Origin: Sanchytrium tribonematis
Lineage: Eukaryota
Assembly: GCA_018985235.1 (NCBI GenBank)
Contig: JADGIG010000013.1
Coordinates: 1 to 51,535, forward strand
Direction of reading: 5' to 3'
Length of the DNA: 51,535 nt
A program made the translations under genes and the position numbers. The notes under the pieces were generated by a model, which made no database searches, was not told the DNA's origin, and worked only from the letters and a program-made list of their open reading frames with translations. Positions 23,726 through 34,259 of the stretch are shown here, piece after piece; the stretch's first letter is position 1; every line of letters begins with the position of its first letter.

Positions 23726-24781
23726 ATGGAGATTTCAAAACAATTTGAATTCACTAGACTTGTTTTAGAAGAAGCTATTTATAGTGAAAATATATTATCA
23801 ATTCAGGATGCATTGGGAAAGCTTCGAGAGCTTGCTATACATGACTCAAATGCTCAATTTTTGATGGGGGAACTTCATGAGAAAGGAATTTTAGAAAGTG
23901 ACACAAGAAAAGCCTTGAAATTTTACGAATTATCAGCCAAAAATGGTCACACGGAGGCTGCCTATAGAGCTGGGTTATTATATGAATTTGCGAAAATTGT
24001 GAAAGCTCCCAAACAAGCACTTGTGTTTTACAGAATGGCAGCTGCCGCGGGCCACGGTGGTGCTTGTTGGAAAGTAGGTTATGCAGAAATGAAAGGAATT
24101 CTAGGGGCCACCATCAACATGCGTAGCTCTTGTAAATGGATGCAATTAGCTTCCAGCTGCGCGACAGAGCAACATCCAGAAGGTGCTTATGAGTATGCAA
24201 ACATGCTGGAAGTCGGTGTGGATAATATCATCTACCCCGATTGGGATGAGGCCCTAATTACTTACAAAAAAGCTGCCGATTTAAACCATCCGAAAGCATT
24301 GCTATTTTTAGCGGAACTATATGAGCATGGTAACGAGCAGCATCAAATTAAAAGAGACATTAAATTAGCCATAGAATATTACAAGAAAGCATGTAAGAAA
24401 GGCAACACACTTGCATGCTTTACACTTTCTAATTATTACCTGACCGGTGTTGAATCAGCGCTATCTGCCAATGAGTCTTTGGCATTTAATTACATGAAAA
24501 TGGCTGCAAGACCATTTATTGTGAGCGAAAAATTATTGAACATGGAAGAAGATCCTACTCCAAATTTAAAGTTACTGCATAGTAACAACAAAAAAATACC
24601 AATGTCTGCTTATGCAATTGGCTACTTTTATGAAATGGGAGTTGGTTGTAAAGTTGATCGTGAAAAATTTATTGCCTGGTATAAAGTAAGTTATTTGTAC
24701 GGTGACATGAGAGGTGCATCAAAATTAATACAATTTAATGAACCTCTTCCAAAAAAGAAGGAGCTTTGTAAGTTGATGTAA
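23726..24781 (+). CDS. SEL1-repeat protein, chitin synthase activator Chs4/Skt5-like
   Basis: Multiple SEL1 repeats, AYAIGYFYEMGVG, C-terminal CaaX (KKKELCKLM). Confidence 0.75.
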   Translation: MEISKQFEFTRLVLEEAIYSENILSIQDALGKLRELAIHDSNAQFLMGELHEKGILESDTRKALKFYELSAKNGHTEAAYRAGLLYEFAKIVKAPKQALVFYRMAAAAGHGGACWKVGYAEMKGILGATINMRSSCKWMQLASSCATEQHPEGAYEYANMLEVGVDNIIYPDWDEALITYKKAADLNHPKALLFLAELYEHGNEQHQIKRDIKLAIEYYKKACKKGNTLACFTLSNYYLTGVESALSANESLAFNYMKMAARPFIVSEKLLNMEEDPTPNLKLLHSNNKKIPMSAYAIGYFYEMGVGCKVDREKFIAWYKVSYLYGDMRGASKLIQFNEPLPKKKELCKLM

Positions 24782-24821
24782 TAAAAGCTGAAAATTTTAA
24801 TTCGTACCAATTCTCCTTGTT

Positions 24822-25181
24822 ATGAGTGTCTTGATTTTCGATTCCAAGGATAGGCCAATATTTGAGGCAACCAACGTTTCCTCCACTCTAGATTATTTCT
24901 ACATTTACGGACTTTTAGATGTGTTAGACGACCTTATCATAAATAATCCACAAACGATTTATAAAAACTTCACAAATTATGCAAACACGTCTTTGCAATG
25001 CAGCGCTTTAGTTACATCGCTTTTCAGAGTAATTATTATAAGTAATTCAGATGTAGCAAAATGTTTTACAGATATACACGAAATTCTTATTAGAATGTCG
25101 ATGAATGTTTTTTACACCACACAAATGAGCGAGGTTATTCATGACAGAATGATGTCTATCGTCAAAAAGCACAATATATAA
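24822..25181 (+). CDS. Sedlin family TRAPP subunit (Trs20/TRAPPC2-like)
   Basis: D.PIFE, F.IYG.LDVLDD, FTDIHE..IRMSMNVFY. Confidence 0.7.
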   Translation: MSVLIFDSKDRPIFEATNVSSTLDYFYIYGLLDVLDDLIINNPQTIYKNFTNYANTSLQCSALVTSLFRVIIISNSDVAKCFTDIHEILIRMSMNVFYTTQMSEVIHDRMMSIVKKHNI

Positions 25182-25196
25182 TAAAACCCTGTGAAT

Positions 25197-25850
25197 TTAT
25201 TTTCTTCTGGTGGTTTGTGCTTGGTAACCTTGTTTAATGGCTTGTACAGATCTTGAACTGCCACAAGCATTACATTGAATGAATAGCAATCTATTGTCTT
25301 TCTTCAATTGAGTATCACTCGATCTACAAGTAGGACACAAGACATATTCTTGTATGTATCGTTTAATAACATTCTCCATTTGCTTCCCAGTAAATTTGCC
25401 CTTCATTATCAGTCTCATATTTTGATCTAAAGCGCCATTCGTACCTAATTCAACGAAGACAAATTCCATTAAATGCTCTACGGCTCTGTTGCAGCTTTTT
25501 GCTATTTGCTCTATGTTGATGAAAGCACTTTTCTTAGACCCTTCTCGTTCCACATGAGGTGGCAAAATCTTAATTTTTCTTTTACCGAGTAGCTCGGGAT
25601 TTTTCTCCTTAAGAAGGCTATAGAATCTTTCTAAAAGTTGCTCGTAATTAAGCGACAGCACCTGCTGCTCATCCTCGACTTTGACACGCTTCTTTTTCTT
25701 TTTCTTTTTTTCTTTGTCGTCACCAGACTTCTTCTTTTTGGACTTTTTCGATTTTTTTGTACTCGCAGTATCTATGCTCTTTTTAGAAACAGACTCGGTC
25801 TCGCTCGCTGATAAATTTGAAATACTTTGTTGGTCTTCCTCGTCTGGCAT
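25197..25850 (-). CDS. SUI3: Translation initiation factor eIF2 beta
   Basis: Poly-Lys boxes, YEQLLERF, ELGT.G, C2-C2 zinc finger CPTC..CNACG. Confidence 0.96.
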   Translation of the reverse strand: MPDEEDQQSISNLSASETESVSKKSIDTASTKKSKKSKKKKSGDDKEKKKKKKKRVKVEDEQQVLSLNYEQLLERFYSLLKEKNPELLGKRKIKILPPHVEREGSKKSAFINIEQIAKSCNRAVEHLMEFVFVELGTNGALDQNMRLIMKGKFTGKQMENVIKRYIQEYVLCPTCRSSDTQLKKDNRLLFIQCNACGSSRSVQAIKQGYQAQTTRRK

Positions 25851-25874
25851 TTCTACAAGGAGAAATTTCAGAAA

Positions 25875-26654
25875 ATGACAATTTGGATCGAGCCTCTGAG
25901 CGGTTCAATCGGTGCACTAAGTTCAACTTTAATTCTGCACCCGCTTGATACTCTCAAAGTAATGTTGCAGTCTAATAACCTGAACCTGAGATCGACTTTT
26001 TTAGAAATACAAAAAGGAAAAAATTGGTATTCTGGAGTCGCGGCTAATTTGTCTGGTAATATGATAGCTTGGTCATCTTATTTTTTTATTTACAGTGAGT
26101 TCAAGAAGTTTGTCGATCCTTTCTTTGCAGGAACAGCAGCAGGTGCTTGTACGTTGTTGCTCAGTAATCCGTTTTTTGTCGCCAAAACTCGTATGATCAC
26201 AGAGCCCAAACATTACGTCTCACTGGTGAATTGTATTGTCACTATTTTTAAGCTAGAAGGTTTGGGTGGTTTGTACTCTGGCTTGGGTATTGGGATGATT
26301 GGAACTCTTCATGGCGGAATTCAATTTTACTCTTATGAGAAAATTAAAACTGCATTCAATTTAGATGATTCTAGATTTAATACATTAAATTATTTAATGG
26401 CTAGTGGCAGTAGCAAAATAATTGCATCTTTCGTGACATATCCATATCAAGTCATTCGTACCAAATTACAACAGCGAAATAATGAGAAAAACATAAGACA
26501 GATAGTGAATCACATTTACAAAAATAGCGGATTTGTTGGATTTTATCGTGGTTTAATCCCTGGTATAGCTAGAGTTCTCCCCGCCTCCATGATTACGTTG
26601 ACTGCATATGAAGCATCGAAAAGGGGACTAAATAAGCTAGTTGAATCAGAGTGA
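25875..26654 (+). CDS. FLX1: Mitochondrial carrier, FAD/folate (Flx1/SLC25A32-like)
   Basis: HPLDTLK, NPFFVAKTRM, YPYQVIRTKLQ, HGGIQFYSYE. Confidence 0.8.
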   Translation: MTIWIEPLSGSIGALSSTLILHPLDTLKVMLQSNNLNLRSTFLEIQKGKNWYSGVAANLSGNMIAWSSYFFIYSEFKKFVDPFFAGTAAGACTLLLSNPFFVAKTRMITEPKHYVSLVNCIVTIFKLEGLGGLYSGLGIGMIGTLHGGIQFYSYEKIKTAFNLDDSRFNTLNYLMASGSSKIIASFVTYPYQVIRTKLQQRNNEKNIRQIVNHIYKNSGFVGFYRGLIPGIARVLPASMITLTAYEASKRGLNKLVESE

Positions 26655-27362
26655 TGGCTCATCCCATGGACCTGCCAAGACTCTTTTGTATCTCTGCAAA
26701 TATAAAAACAATATTGGACAAAATCCAGATATAAATGCAACTACCGCAATGACAAACCAAGTTACATTTTCATTTAAATATAGCCAAATTAACAGAGTAA
26801 TACTTAACATGCCCGTGGTAAGCCATTTTTGAGTTGTCGGATTTGTAATTGTCCCTGTTTTGTATGGCAAATAACATAGTAGACAAACCGATATCATTAA
26901 AAGTGTAAACACCTGTTTTCCACTATTTAATCTGGAGGCTAAGAGCACCGATGCGCAATAGCCTGCGTTCATTGAAAAGCCGTCTTTCAATAGTTTTTGG
27001 TCACGAATTGTGTATGACTTTAGCATGAGATTTAAAAAATACAGCATACCAGCCATGTAATAGATAGAATCCGTGCTTACTGTCTTAGTTAGTGTCTTCA
27101 GGATGGGACTAATTCCTGCCAAGAAATTTAGCAAAAGAATGGAGGATAGTGCAGTTGAGGGAGAAATTGCAATGAAGATTAAAACACCAGCAACTATGGC
27201 AAAATCTACATTAAAGGTATTGCTTAAAAGTAATAAATATATCGCAATTGTTAAGAAAATAACACATATTTGCTGTATAACAACATTTGTTCTTCTGATC
27301 AAATCCAAAATCGCATATTTTGAATTTGTGGGATTCAATTGCAAAGAATCAAATGATTCCAT
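26646..27362 (-). CDS. GPI2: GPI-GlcNAc transferase subunit Gpi2/PIG-C
   Basis: SPILKTLTKTVSTDSIY, ASVLLASRL, LQRYK..GPWDE. Confidence 0.92.
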   Translation of the reverse strand: MESFDSLQLNPTNSKYAILDLIRRTNVVIQQICVIFLTIAIYLLLLSNTFNVDFAIVAGVLIFIAISPSTALSSILLLNFLAGISPILKTLTKTVSTDSIYYMAGMLYFLNLMLKSYTIRDQKLLKDGFSMNAGYCASVLLASRLNSGKQVFTLLMISVCLLCYLPYKTGTITNPTTQKWLTTGMLSITLLIWLYLNENVTWFVIAVVAFISGFCPILFLYLQRYKRVLAGPWDEPSL

Positions 27363-27392
27363 CAGTTTTGAAAATTATCTCGAGAAGTTTAT

Positions 27393-27782
27393 TTAGTAGA
27401 AGTAACCCAAGATTTTGCCTCCGACATGCTTACGTCTAGCTTCCTTGTGATCCATAATACCAGCTGATGTAGTTAAGATGATATATCCAAAGTTACGAGA
27501 AGGAAGTAAATTCTGTACCCATTTTTCTAATTCGTCTACAGCGATATTAAATCTAGGATTGATACATCCACATTTGTTTAGTCTTCCGTTCATTTGAATA
27601 ACAATCTTTCCTGAACGATGATCATCAATTTCCTCAAATTCGTCAATGTATCCATGTTTTTGCATAACACTCAAAAATTTTACAATCACTTTTGAACTAG
27701 GTCTGATTATTACTTGTCTTTTGCCTCTTCTTCCGGCGTTGACCATTGTTTTAAGACAATCATTCAACACTGAATCTCTCAT
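27393..27782 (-). CDS. RPS22: 40S ribosomal protein uS8 (S15a/S22)
   Basis: [36 protein letters not shown]. Confidence 0.98.
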   Translation of the reverse strand: MRDSVLNDCLKTMVNAGRRGKRQVIIRPSSKVIVKFLSVMQKHGYIDEFEEIDDHRSGKIVIQMNGRLNKCGCINPRFNIAVDELEKWVQNLLPSRNFGYIILTTSAGIMDHKEARRKHVGGKILGYFY

Positions 27783-27829
27783 TCGAACTTCTGCTACTTA
27801 ATCAAGATTTGTTCAGAATTACACGTGTT

Positions 27830-27844
27830 TTCAGCCAATCAAAA
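27830..27844 (+). promoter_or_regulatory. CCAAT box TTCAGCCAATCAAAA with adjacent CACGTG (27822-27827)
   Basis: Identical 15-mer at 41918-41932; both lie 40-60 bp upstream of a minus-strand ATG. Confidence 0.5.
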
Positions 27845-27952
27845 TGTGTTTCAAGGGTGTTCTGCGTAAAAGTTTCCAACTCAAGTTGAAATACTTGTCT
27901 ACCGGAAACACTTGATAACTTATAGTGTTGGAAAGTAAGAACTTTTTTTGGT

Positions 27953-27990
27953 TTCGAAAAAATATTTACTATTCGAAAAATTATTTACTA
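27953..27990. repeat. 19-bp tandem duplication (TTCGAAAAAWTATTTACTA x2)
   Basis: Two adjacent copies with one mismatch just downstream of the HAS1 stop. Confidence 0.8.
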
Positions 27991-27992
27991 AA

Positions 27993-29534
27993 TTATCGAC
28001 TCCATTGTCTTCCATCTTTGGAAACTCGCCCTTGATCAGTTCGGTGTCTACTAATCGCATTTTCGCTTTTGTAATCCTTTCTTGATGCGCTTTTCAGAGA
28101 CTGGTTTTGTAGATTGACAGACGGTGGGCTGTCAAATCCAAACGATTTGGCAACGGCAGCCAAATCTAGCTCATGAACGTCGAAAATGTCTTTGAGTGAA
28201 TGAGATGCGTAAGCCTGGACGAACGATCGAAAGCCTTCTTTAGCAGATTTGTTTAAATAATAATTTTTGCTGATCAATTGTTCTAATTGGTCTTGAATAT
28301 TGGCCAGCTTATTTGGAGGAAATTCGTACTCGTTCAAGCTTACCTTTGACTCTTTCAAGTATTTTAAAAATCCAACCTCAGAAGGAATTAACAGCATTAA
28401 TGCACTACCAGACTTCCCTGCTCTAGCCGTTCGTCCCACTCTATGAATGTAATCTCGAGGGTCTGAAGGGACATCGTACTGTAGAATCCAATCAACTACA
28501 GGAATATCGAGCCCTCTGGCTGCGACATTTGTACAAAGCAACGCTCCAGAAGTTGCATTCATAAATTCAAAAAATGTTTTTGTTCGCTTAGCCTGCTTCT
28601 GGCTACCATGAAGATCAAGTACGGGGACATCAATATAATTTAAAAGTTCTGCATAAAATTTAACAGCCTTGCAGCTTGATAAGAAGACAATAATCTTTTT
28701 TGTCGCATTTTTCTTTAAAAAGGTGAATAAAAATAGAAACCTTCTATCTGCAGGACAGACAACGTAACCTTGTTCTAATGTGCTAACAGTGGCGTTCTGA
28801 GATTCGGTTTCAGCATTTATAAAAAGAGGCAATTTTAAGGAGACTCTTGCAAGATCTTCTACTTTTGTAGTTTGAGTTGCTGAAAACATCAAAGTTTGCC
28901 TTTCGGTTGGTAAAAGTCTAATGATTTGCTTCATTTCTTCTTCGAATCCAACTTCCAAAATTCGGTCAGCTTCATCTATTGCCAAACACTTCAAGTTTTT
29001 AATTATAAAACCTTTTGTGTTCTGAAGATGATCTAGTAATCGGCCGGGTGTCGCCACTATCAAATTAATACCCTTTAAAAGTTTCTCGGCCTCGTGCTTT
29101 CTATTCGATCCGCCCATTAAGATGCCATATGTTTGAGAGCAATTTTTCATTAATTCGGTCGCGACATTGTAAATTTGCAAGGCGAGTTCTCTAGTGGGAG
29201 TAATGATTAAGATTCCTGTTCCATTTCTGGGTTTAAATTTTAGCCTTAAAAGATACTCGATACTTGGAATTAAAAAGGCAAGAGTTTTTCCACTTCCTGT
29301 TTTAGCAGCAGCAAGAACATCTTTTCCAGCCAAAGCGGGATTAATCGCTCGCTGTTGGATGGGCGTCATCTTGGTAAAATTCAATTCTTTAAGCGCGTTT
29401 TTGATGTGCGGATTGATCTGTAAAGAATCAAAAGATATGAAATCAGTTGATTCCAGTTTGATAACCTCTTTTTGATCATCTGTTCTTTCGTCACCATTAA
29501 GTTTTCTTCTTTTAGATTCTGGCAACTCTGGCAT
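27993..29534 (-). CDS. HAS1: DEAD-box RNA helicase Has1/DDX18
   Basis: [32 protein letters not shown]. Confidence 0.96.
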   Translation of the reverse strand: MPELPESKRRKLNGDERTDDQKEVIKLESTDFISFDSLQINPHIKNALKELNFTKMTPIQQRAINPALAGKDVLAAAKTGSGKTLAFLIPSIEYLLRLKFKPRNGTGILIITPTRELALQIYNVATELMKNCSQTYGILMGGSNRKHEAEKLLKGINLIVATPGRLLDHLQNTKGFIIKNLKCLAIDEADRILEVGFEEEMKQIIRLLPTERQTLMFSATQTTKVEDLARVSLKLPLFINAETESQNATVSTLEQGYVVCPADRRFLFLFTFLKKNATKKIIVFLSSCKAVKFYAELLNYIDVPVLDLHGSQKQAKRTKTFFEFMNATSGALLCTNVAARGLDIPVVDWILQYDVPSDPRDYIHRVGRTARAGKSGSALMLLIPSEVGFLKYLKESKVSLNEYEFPPNKLANIQDQLEQLISKNYYLNKSAKEGFRSFVQAYASHSLKDIFDVHELDLAAVAKSFGFDSPPSVNLQNQSLKSASRKDYKSENAISRHRTDQGRVSKDGRQWSR

Positions 29535-29606
29535 CTCCCTGTTGTGTCCCTCGAAAATTTAAAATTCTACTAAAATCATAGTTTTATTTTGTGCCTTTAA
29601 TGGTCT

Positions 29607-31152
29607 TTAATGGTCTAAAATTCGAAGATTGCCACTCACAACTTTATCTTCCAAGATGGATCCACTGGGGATATCGATTCTTTGACCCTGATTTGCAACA
29701 ATGATAACTGTACCACCAAGAACCACATTGGAGCCAAAATATACATCGCCGACAACAGTCAAATGGTCAAGATCTAATATTTTCGGAGGATTTTTAAATC
29801 GGTTGAGATACTCATTGACTTTCTTAAAATGCTCCGACAATTTTATGATTGGAATTGTACCAAAAAGTCGTTTCGGCGACAAAGTTAGTTGACCATGATT
29901 TAGTTGATACAAATCGGAAGTAACAAGAAACAAATCACCAGTTGATTTTACAGGTAAAAATCTAGACCTGGGAACATTAACACCATGAGCTCCCTCAAAG
30001 TGTTTAATCGCAGCACCTACTGCAGTCTCTAATTGAATGACGGCTTCATCGTTATACGACTTTTGGTTGATGATGATTTCCATATCAAACTCGTTGTTTT
30101 GAACTAGACGATTAATAGCCTTTAAGTTCATCCACAAATTATTGGTGTTGAAAATTTTAAACTTTTTAATGCTCTTGAAATCGTCAACGTGTTTCCCTGG
30201 GACTTGTGCAATCTCCAGAAGCCGAACATGCCCGTCATAATCTATTAAAGTCCCTCCCTTGACATCTGCTTTAGTTTTGTCTGTAACTTCCATGCAAAAT
30301 TCAGTCTTAGATTCGACAACATGTTTCAAGATTTCTATATTAAATAAAATTACTTTCGTCAACTGTCGCACCTAGATTGTCAATGTTGCTCACAAAAATA
30401 TATTCCTTTCCATCGTCTAAAAGTTGTTGCAGAATGCCAGAATTTGCAAGAGATTGATACAAATCTCCATGTCCAGGAGGATAAAAGCACCCTTTATCGT
30501 CGTCATTTCTTTCAGGACAGATGCTTACAGAATCCTTGTAAAATCTTGGGTACCTAGACTGGTTAAATGTCAGAATCTTGACATTTTTGTCAGTATATCT
30601 TCTAATGACCTTTTTTGTCTCTTCGTCGGTGTTAAAACTATTCATTAAAATAAGAGGGACATTAATCTTGTATTCATCATTTAAATACTCAATCTGTCTC
30701 ACCGTTAGGTCAAGAAATGTGCTACCATCTCTAACTTCAATGGCAGATTTTGGTCCAACACAACCCATAGAGGTTCCTAAACCACCATTCAATTTGACAA
30801 CTGCCAGCTTATTCAAATAGGCTGTAATAGATTCTTGGGGTTCCGATAATTTACTATACGGTACAATTTGATCCTCTGCAGGCGAATTGATTTTCTCCCA
30901 TTTTATAGTTTCACCTTTGGCTTTCTCCACTAAATATCTATTAAATAGCATGTAAAAATCATTCATCTCCTTTTTAATATGATCTTTCTTTTCTGCTGGT
31001 GCTGTCTCAACTAGCCGGTTCAATTCAAGGCGAATGTTTTTTGATGTTGTACGAGAACTCGTTTCTTCAAAACCTTGCATAGATTTGCTTCTGCTTCTAT
31101 CTAAATGATGCATTCGATGAGTTTCTGTTGGACTTAGAACACTTCCCGACAT
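29607..31152 (-). CDS. UGP1: UTP-glucose-1-phosphate uridylyltransferase, 2 exons, 508 aa
   Basis: [37 protein letters not shown]; 19-nt intron 30335-30353. Confidence 0.97.
30335..30353 (-). other. 19-nt intron GTAATTTTATTTAATATAG
   Basis: Removal gives [13 protein letters not shown]. Confidence 0.93.
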
Positions 31153-31356
31153 TTCTGCGTTTCAAAAATTGCAAATTGCATCAAAAATAGACCATTGACC
31201 TAAAGAAAGTCACATGCCAATATTGTTTGTGCAAACATTTAAATTTTGATCGCTAAAGGAAACTGACAAGTTATTCCAATGTTCAGGAGTTAGATTTACT
31301 TCAAAATGTGCTATTTATTTATTTTAGAAGCTTGAGTGAATTTGTCACTGTAACCA

Positions 31357-31581
31357 TCAATGTCCACTTCTATCTGCATATTTTTGACGCAATTCAGTCA
31401 TTGCATCTTTCAATTCGTCTTTGGTGGTAGGTATGAATCCATCTGTCACTTTTTCGTCTCTTTTTTGTTTTAAAACTTCCACTTCTTTTTCAAATCTCTC
31501 GGAACTGGAAATATACATTATTCCAATTGGTATAAATACATATAATGCGAATTTGAATACTTCAAGATTTCCACTGCCCAT
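31357..31581 (-). CDS. PET100: Cytochrome c oxidase assembly factor Pet100
   Basis: MGSGNLEVFKFALYVFIPIGIMY..PTTKDELK. Confidence 0.85.
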   Translation of the reverse strand: MGSGNLEVFKFALYVFIPIGIMYISSSERFEKEVEVLKQKRDEKVTDGFIPTTKDELKDAMTELRQKYADRSGH

Positions 31582-31616
31582 TCGACTTTGAATTTGAAGG
31601 GGTCACTTCTACAACG

Positions 31617-33665
31617 ATGGAGCATTTAAACAAATTTATTCAATTAAATTTTGTTGGTCCTGTTGACAAGATTGAGTCGATTAATGATAAAGAATTTTCC
31701 TTAAATATTGACACAAACAATGAATCTTTCATTCTGAATTTAAAACGAGCTGATTTGTTGTGTGATGCTTTAAATGAACTAAGAGAGAAAAATATGGATA
31801 GATTATTGTGTTTGTTTGTTTTGCAGCAATGTTTAGTTGAGCCATCTGAAAATGTTTATGAAGAAATCCTTAATACTTACGGATTCACATTAAACCGCCT
31901 CGATTCGGATGAGGAAAAGATAAAGCTATATATTTTGAGATTTTACATTGAACTGTATCATACGAAGACTCTGCAAATAACCAAAAAGCAGACTTTTGGA
32001 TTTCTTGATAAAGCCATAGCCCTTAGCGGATTAAAAATAGACTGGGTTGGTGTCAAAGGAAGGCGAACAAAATTTCAGCAAGATTCTCATTTACAATTAG
32101 TCTTAAAAGTGACAAGATCCCACATGCTGCAAGTGGCTAATGAAGCTACACAAAGTCAGCTACCAGAAAATATACTTTTGAACAATGAAGTATTACTGGA
32201 AAACTTAAGCTTGGACGAAGAGCAAGAGCTTTTAAAACTTTCTCCGCTTGAGCAATCTTTATTGCTCGCAAAAGCCACCGCTATGTTTGAATTACAAGCA
32301 AAGGAGGATATAGTGAATGAAGAAATCATGCCAGTCCTTAGGTATGTTCTGACAGATGCAAAAAATTGGTCAGTTACTAGTTTTGCTCTATTATTGCGAT
32401 CCCGAATAGAAATGTCAAAAGTCAAAACTATGGAAAGATCTTTACTTCAATATGAACAACTTGGCAGTCAATTCGAGTCGGGAAAGGAAGGCGACTCCTC
32501 GGTTGACGAACGGCTCCAATTTTTCAATATTTTGGGCATCCCTAATTTTTCGGCATTTCAAATGGAAATAGCTGACCATTACTTGAATTTTGGAGCTCTT
32601 AAATCTGCTTTAGTAATATTTCAACAATTTAAAGCTTACGAAAAAGTTATATTATGTTTAAAATCCATGGATTTGAATAAAGAAGCTGAACAATATATTG
32701 TTGAGAACATGAAGACAGAAAAACTCAGCAAAATGACATACGCTAAGCTTCTCTGCTATTTGGGGGATTGTCGAAATGACCATACTTTATATTTAAAAGC
32801 ATGGGAACACTCCGAAAAAAAACTTTCACTATCACAGTTCCGTTTGGCAAATTTTTACTTTAAACAAGAAAAATTTCAAGCCTCTCTCGATTGTTATGTC
32901 ACAGGGCTTTCCATCAATCCACTTAAGCCAAAATCGTGGTTTATTGCCGGGTGTTGTGCTTTAAAGCTAGAAAAATACGAAGAAGCTGCTTCCTGTTTTA
33001 AACGTGTCACATCGATGGACGAAAACTATGAAGCGTGGAACAATTTAGCCACTGCTTTGCTTCAACTCAACAAAGATGCTGAAGCACATTTTGCTCTTCA
33101 GCAAGCTGTGAAAGAGTCTACTTCCTGGAAAGTGTGGATGAATTATCTATATGTTTCTTTAATTTGTAATGATTTGCAAGAAGCTATAAGAGCTGGAATC
33201 AAGGTTTTGGACATGTGTGATATAGATTGGGGTACCAGCAAAGAACAGCCTGAGTTCAATTACTTCAATCATTTAATCACTAAAGTAATGGATGAAATAA
33301 AGCGAAAGGATGACGAATTTTTAGAGGAAAGAATCTTTGAATTAGGGAATCAAATGATTGAAAAATCTCCTTGCTATCTTGTTTGGACCAGCGTATCGCG
33401 TCTTTATGTTGGATCAAAAAACTTTGATACTGCTTTTAAGCTCATCGAGTGTGGTTATAGAGATTTGAAAGACAATTCGCAGATGTATTATGACGAGAAA
33501 CGTTTTCTACAATTTTGTGAATTGGGCCTAGAACTCATAAGAATATCAAACTTGGATAAGGGTAATGAAGTATTGACTGCCAGATCTAAAGCAATATGCC
33601 GACAAATAATTTCTTATGCAAAATTAACTAATCCGACTTTGGACCATCTTAAAGAATTGGTTTAG
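31617..33665 (+). CDS. EMW1: TPR protein Emw1/TTC27
   Basis: GVKGRRTKFQQ, LLLRSRIE..KTMERSLLQ, TPR repeats, AWNNLA. Confidence 0.85.
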   Translation: MEHLNKFIQLNFVGPVDKIESINDKEFSLNIDTNNESFILNLKRADLLCDALNELREKNMDRLLCLFVLQQCLVEPSENVYEEILNTYGFTLNRLDSDEEKIKLYILRFYIELYHTKTLQITKKQTFGFLDKAIALSGLKIDWVGVKGRRTKFQQDSHLQLVLKVTRSHMLQVANEATQSQLPENILLNNEVLLENLSLDEEQELLKLSPLEQSLLLAKATAMFELQAKEDIVNEEIMPVLRYVLTDAKNWSVTSFALLLRSRIEMSKVKTMERSLLQYEQLGSQFESGKEGDSSVDERLQFFNILGIPNFSAFQMEIADHYLNFGALKSALVIFQQFKAYEKVILCLKSMDLNKEAEQYIVENMKTEKLSKMTYAKLLCYLGDCRNDHTLYLKAWEHSEKKLSLSQFRLANFYFKQEKFQASLDCYVTGLSINPLKPKSWFIAGCCALKLEKYEEAASCFKRVTSMDENYEAWNNLATALLQLNKDAEAHFALQQAVKESTSWKVWMNYLYVSLICNDLQEAIRAGIKVLDMCDIDWGTSKEQPEFNYFNHLITKVMDEIKRKDDEFLEERIFELGNQMIEKSPCYLVWTSVSRLYVGSKNFDTAFKLIECGYRDLKDNSQMYYDEKRFLQFCELGLELIRISNLDKGNEVLTARSKAICRQIISYAKLTNPTLDHLKELV

Positions 33666-33676
33666 ATATAGTAAAT

Positions 33677-34165
33677 TTACTGATTAAATTTTGAAAACTC
33701 AACTCTTCGGCTTCCATGAACTATCGCCCGTTTTACCAAGTTGACTCGAGCTTGATGATTGTGAGATAAAGTCGGCTTCTTTTTAAGAGTCAGTTTGTTT
33801 TCGAATCCACTAGGCACTCTCATGTTGTATGCTTTTTCTAGATAAGACTGCAAATCTGAAACTTCCAGATTGCTACCTTTCATTTTCGCAATCTGACAAG
33901 TTTGCTGCACGGTATTCTCGATAAATTCATCAGCCAAAGCCAGAAGCATTTGCCTAGCATCTGTGTCAATTTTAAGTTTGTCGTCTAATTGTGACACCAA
34001 TTCATCTATTTTACGTTTTTGTGGAGGGGCCTGAACTCGATCAACTTGAATAGGTTGCGGTGGACGATATGGTTGCGGCCTCATTCCAGGCTGCTGGAAT
34101 TGCATATTTGGAATATAGTTCTGAGGCATACCTCTGTAATTTTGGAAATTGTTCTGATTCCACAT
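33677..34165 (-). CDS. TAF12: TFIID/SAGA subunit Taf12
   Basis: Q/N/P-rich N-terminus; KRKIDELVSQLD..LLALADEFIE..LEKAYNMRVP histone fold. Confidence 0.88.
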   Translation of the reverse strand: MWNQNNFQNYRGMPQNYIPNMQFQQPGMRPQPYRPPQPIQVDRVQAPPQKRKIDELVSQLDDKLKIDTDARQMLLALADEFIENTVQQTCQIAKMKGSNLEVSDLQSYLEKAYNMRVPSGFENKLTLKKKPTLSHNHQARVNLVKRAIVHGSRRVEFSKFNQ

Positions 34166-34259
34166 GTAATTGAAAGTTTGAGGGAGTCTCAAAATATAAA
34201 ATATTGTCAGATTTTGCTCGAGGTGGAAGAATTGAGTTGTTATAATTAATGTTTATTTT

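Noticed and set aside
8129..25850. Functional clustering of two TRAPP subunits and two eIF2 subunits
   Set aside because: Separated by many unrelated genes; plausible by chance among 43 housekeeping genes
27891..27905. ATACTTGTCT as a U1 snRNA 5' end
   Set aside because: Lacks the ACTTACC needed to pair with GT donors, and no U1 cloverleaf follows
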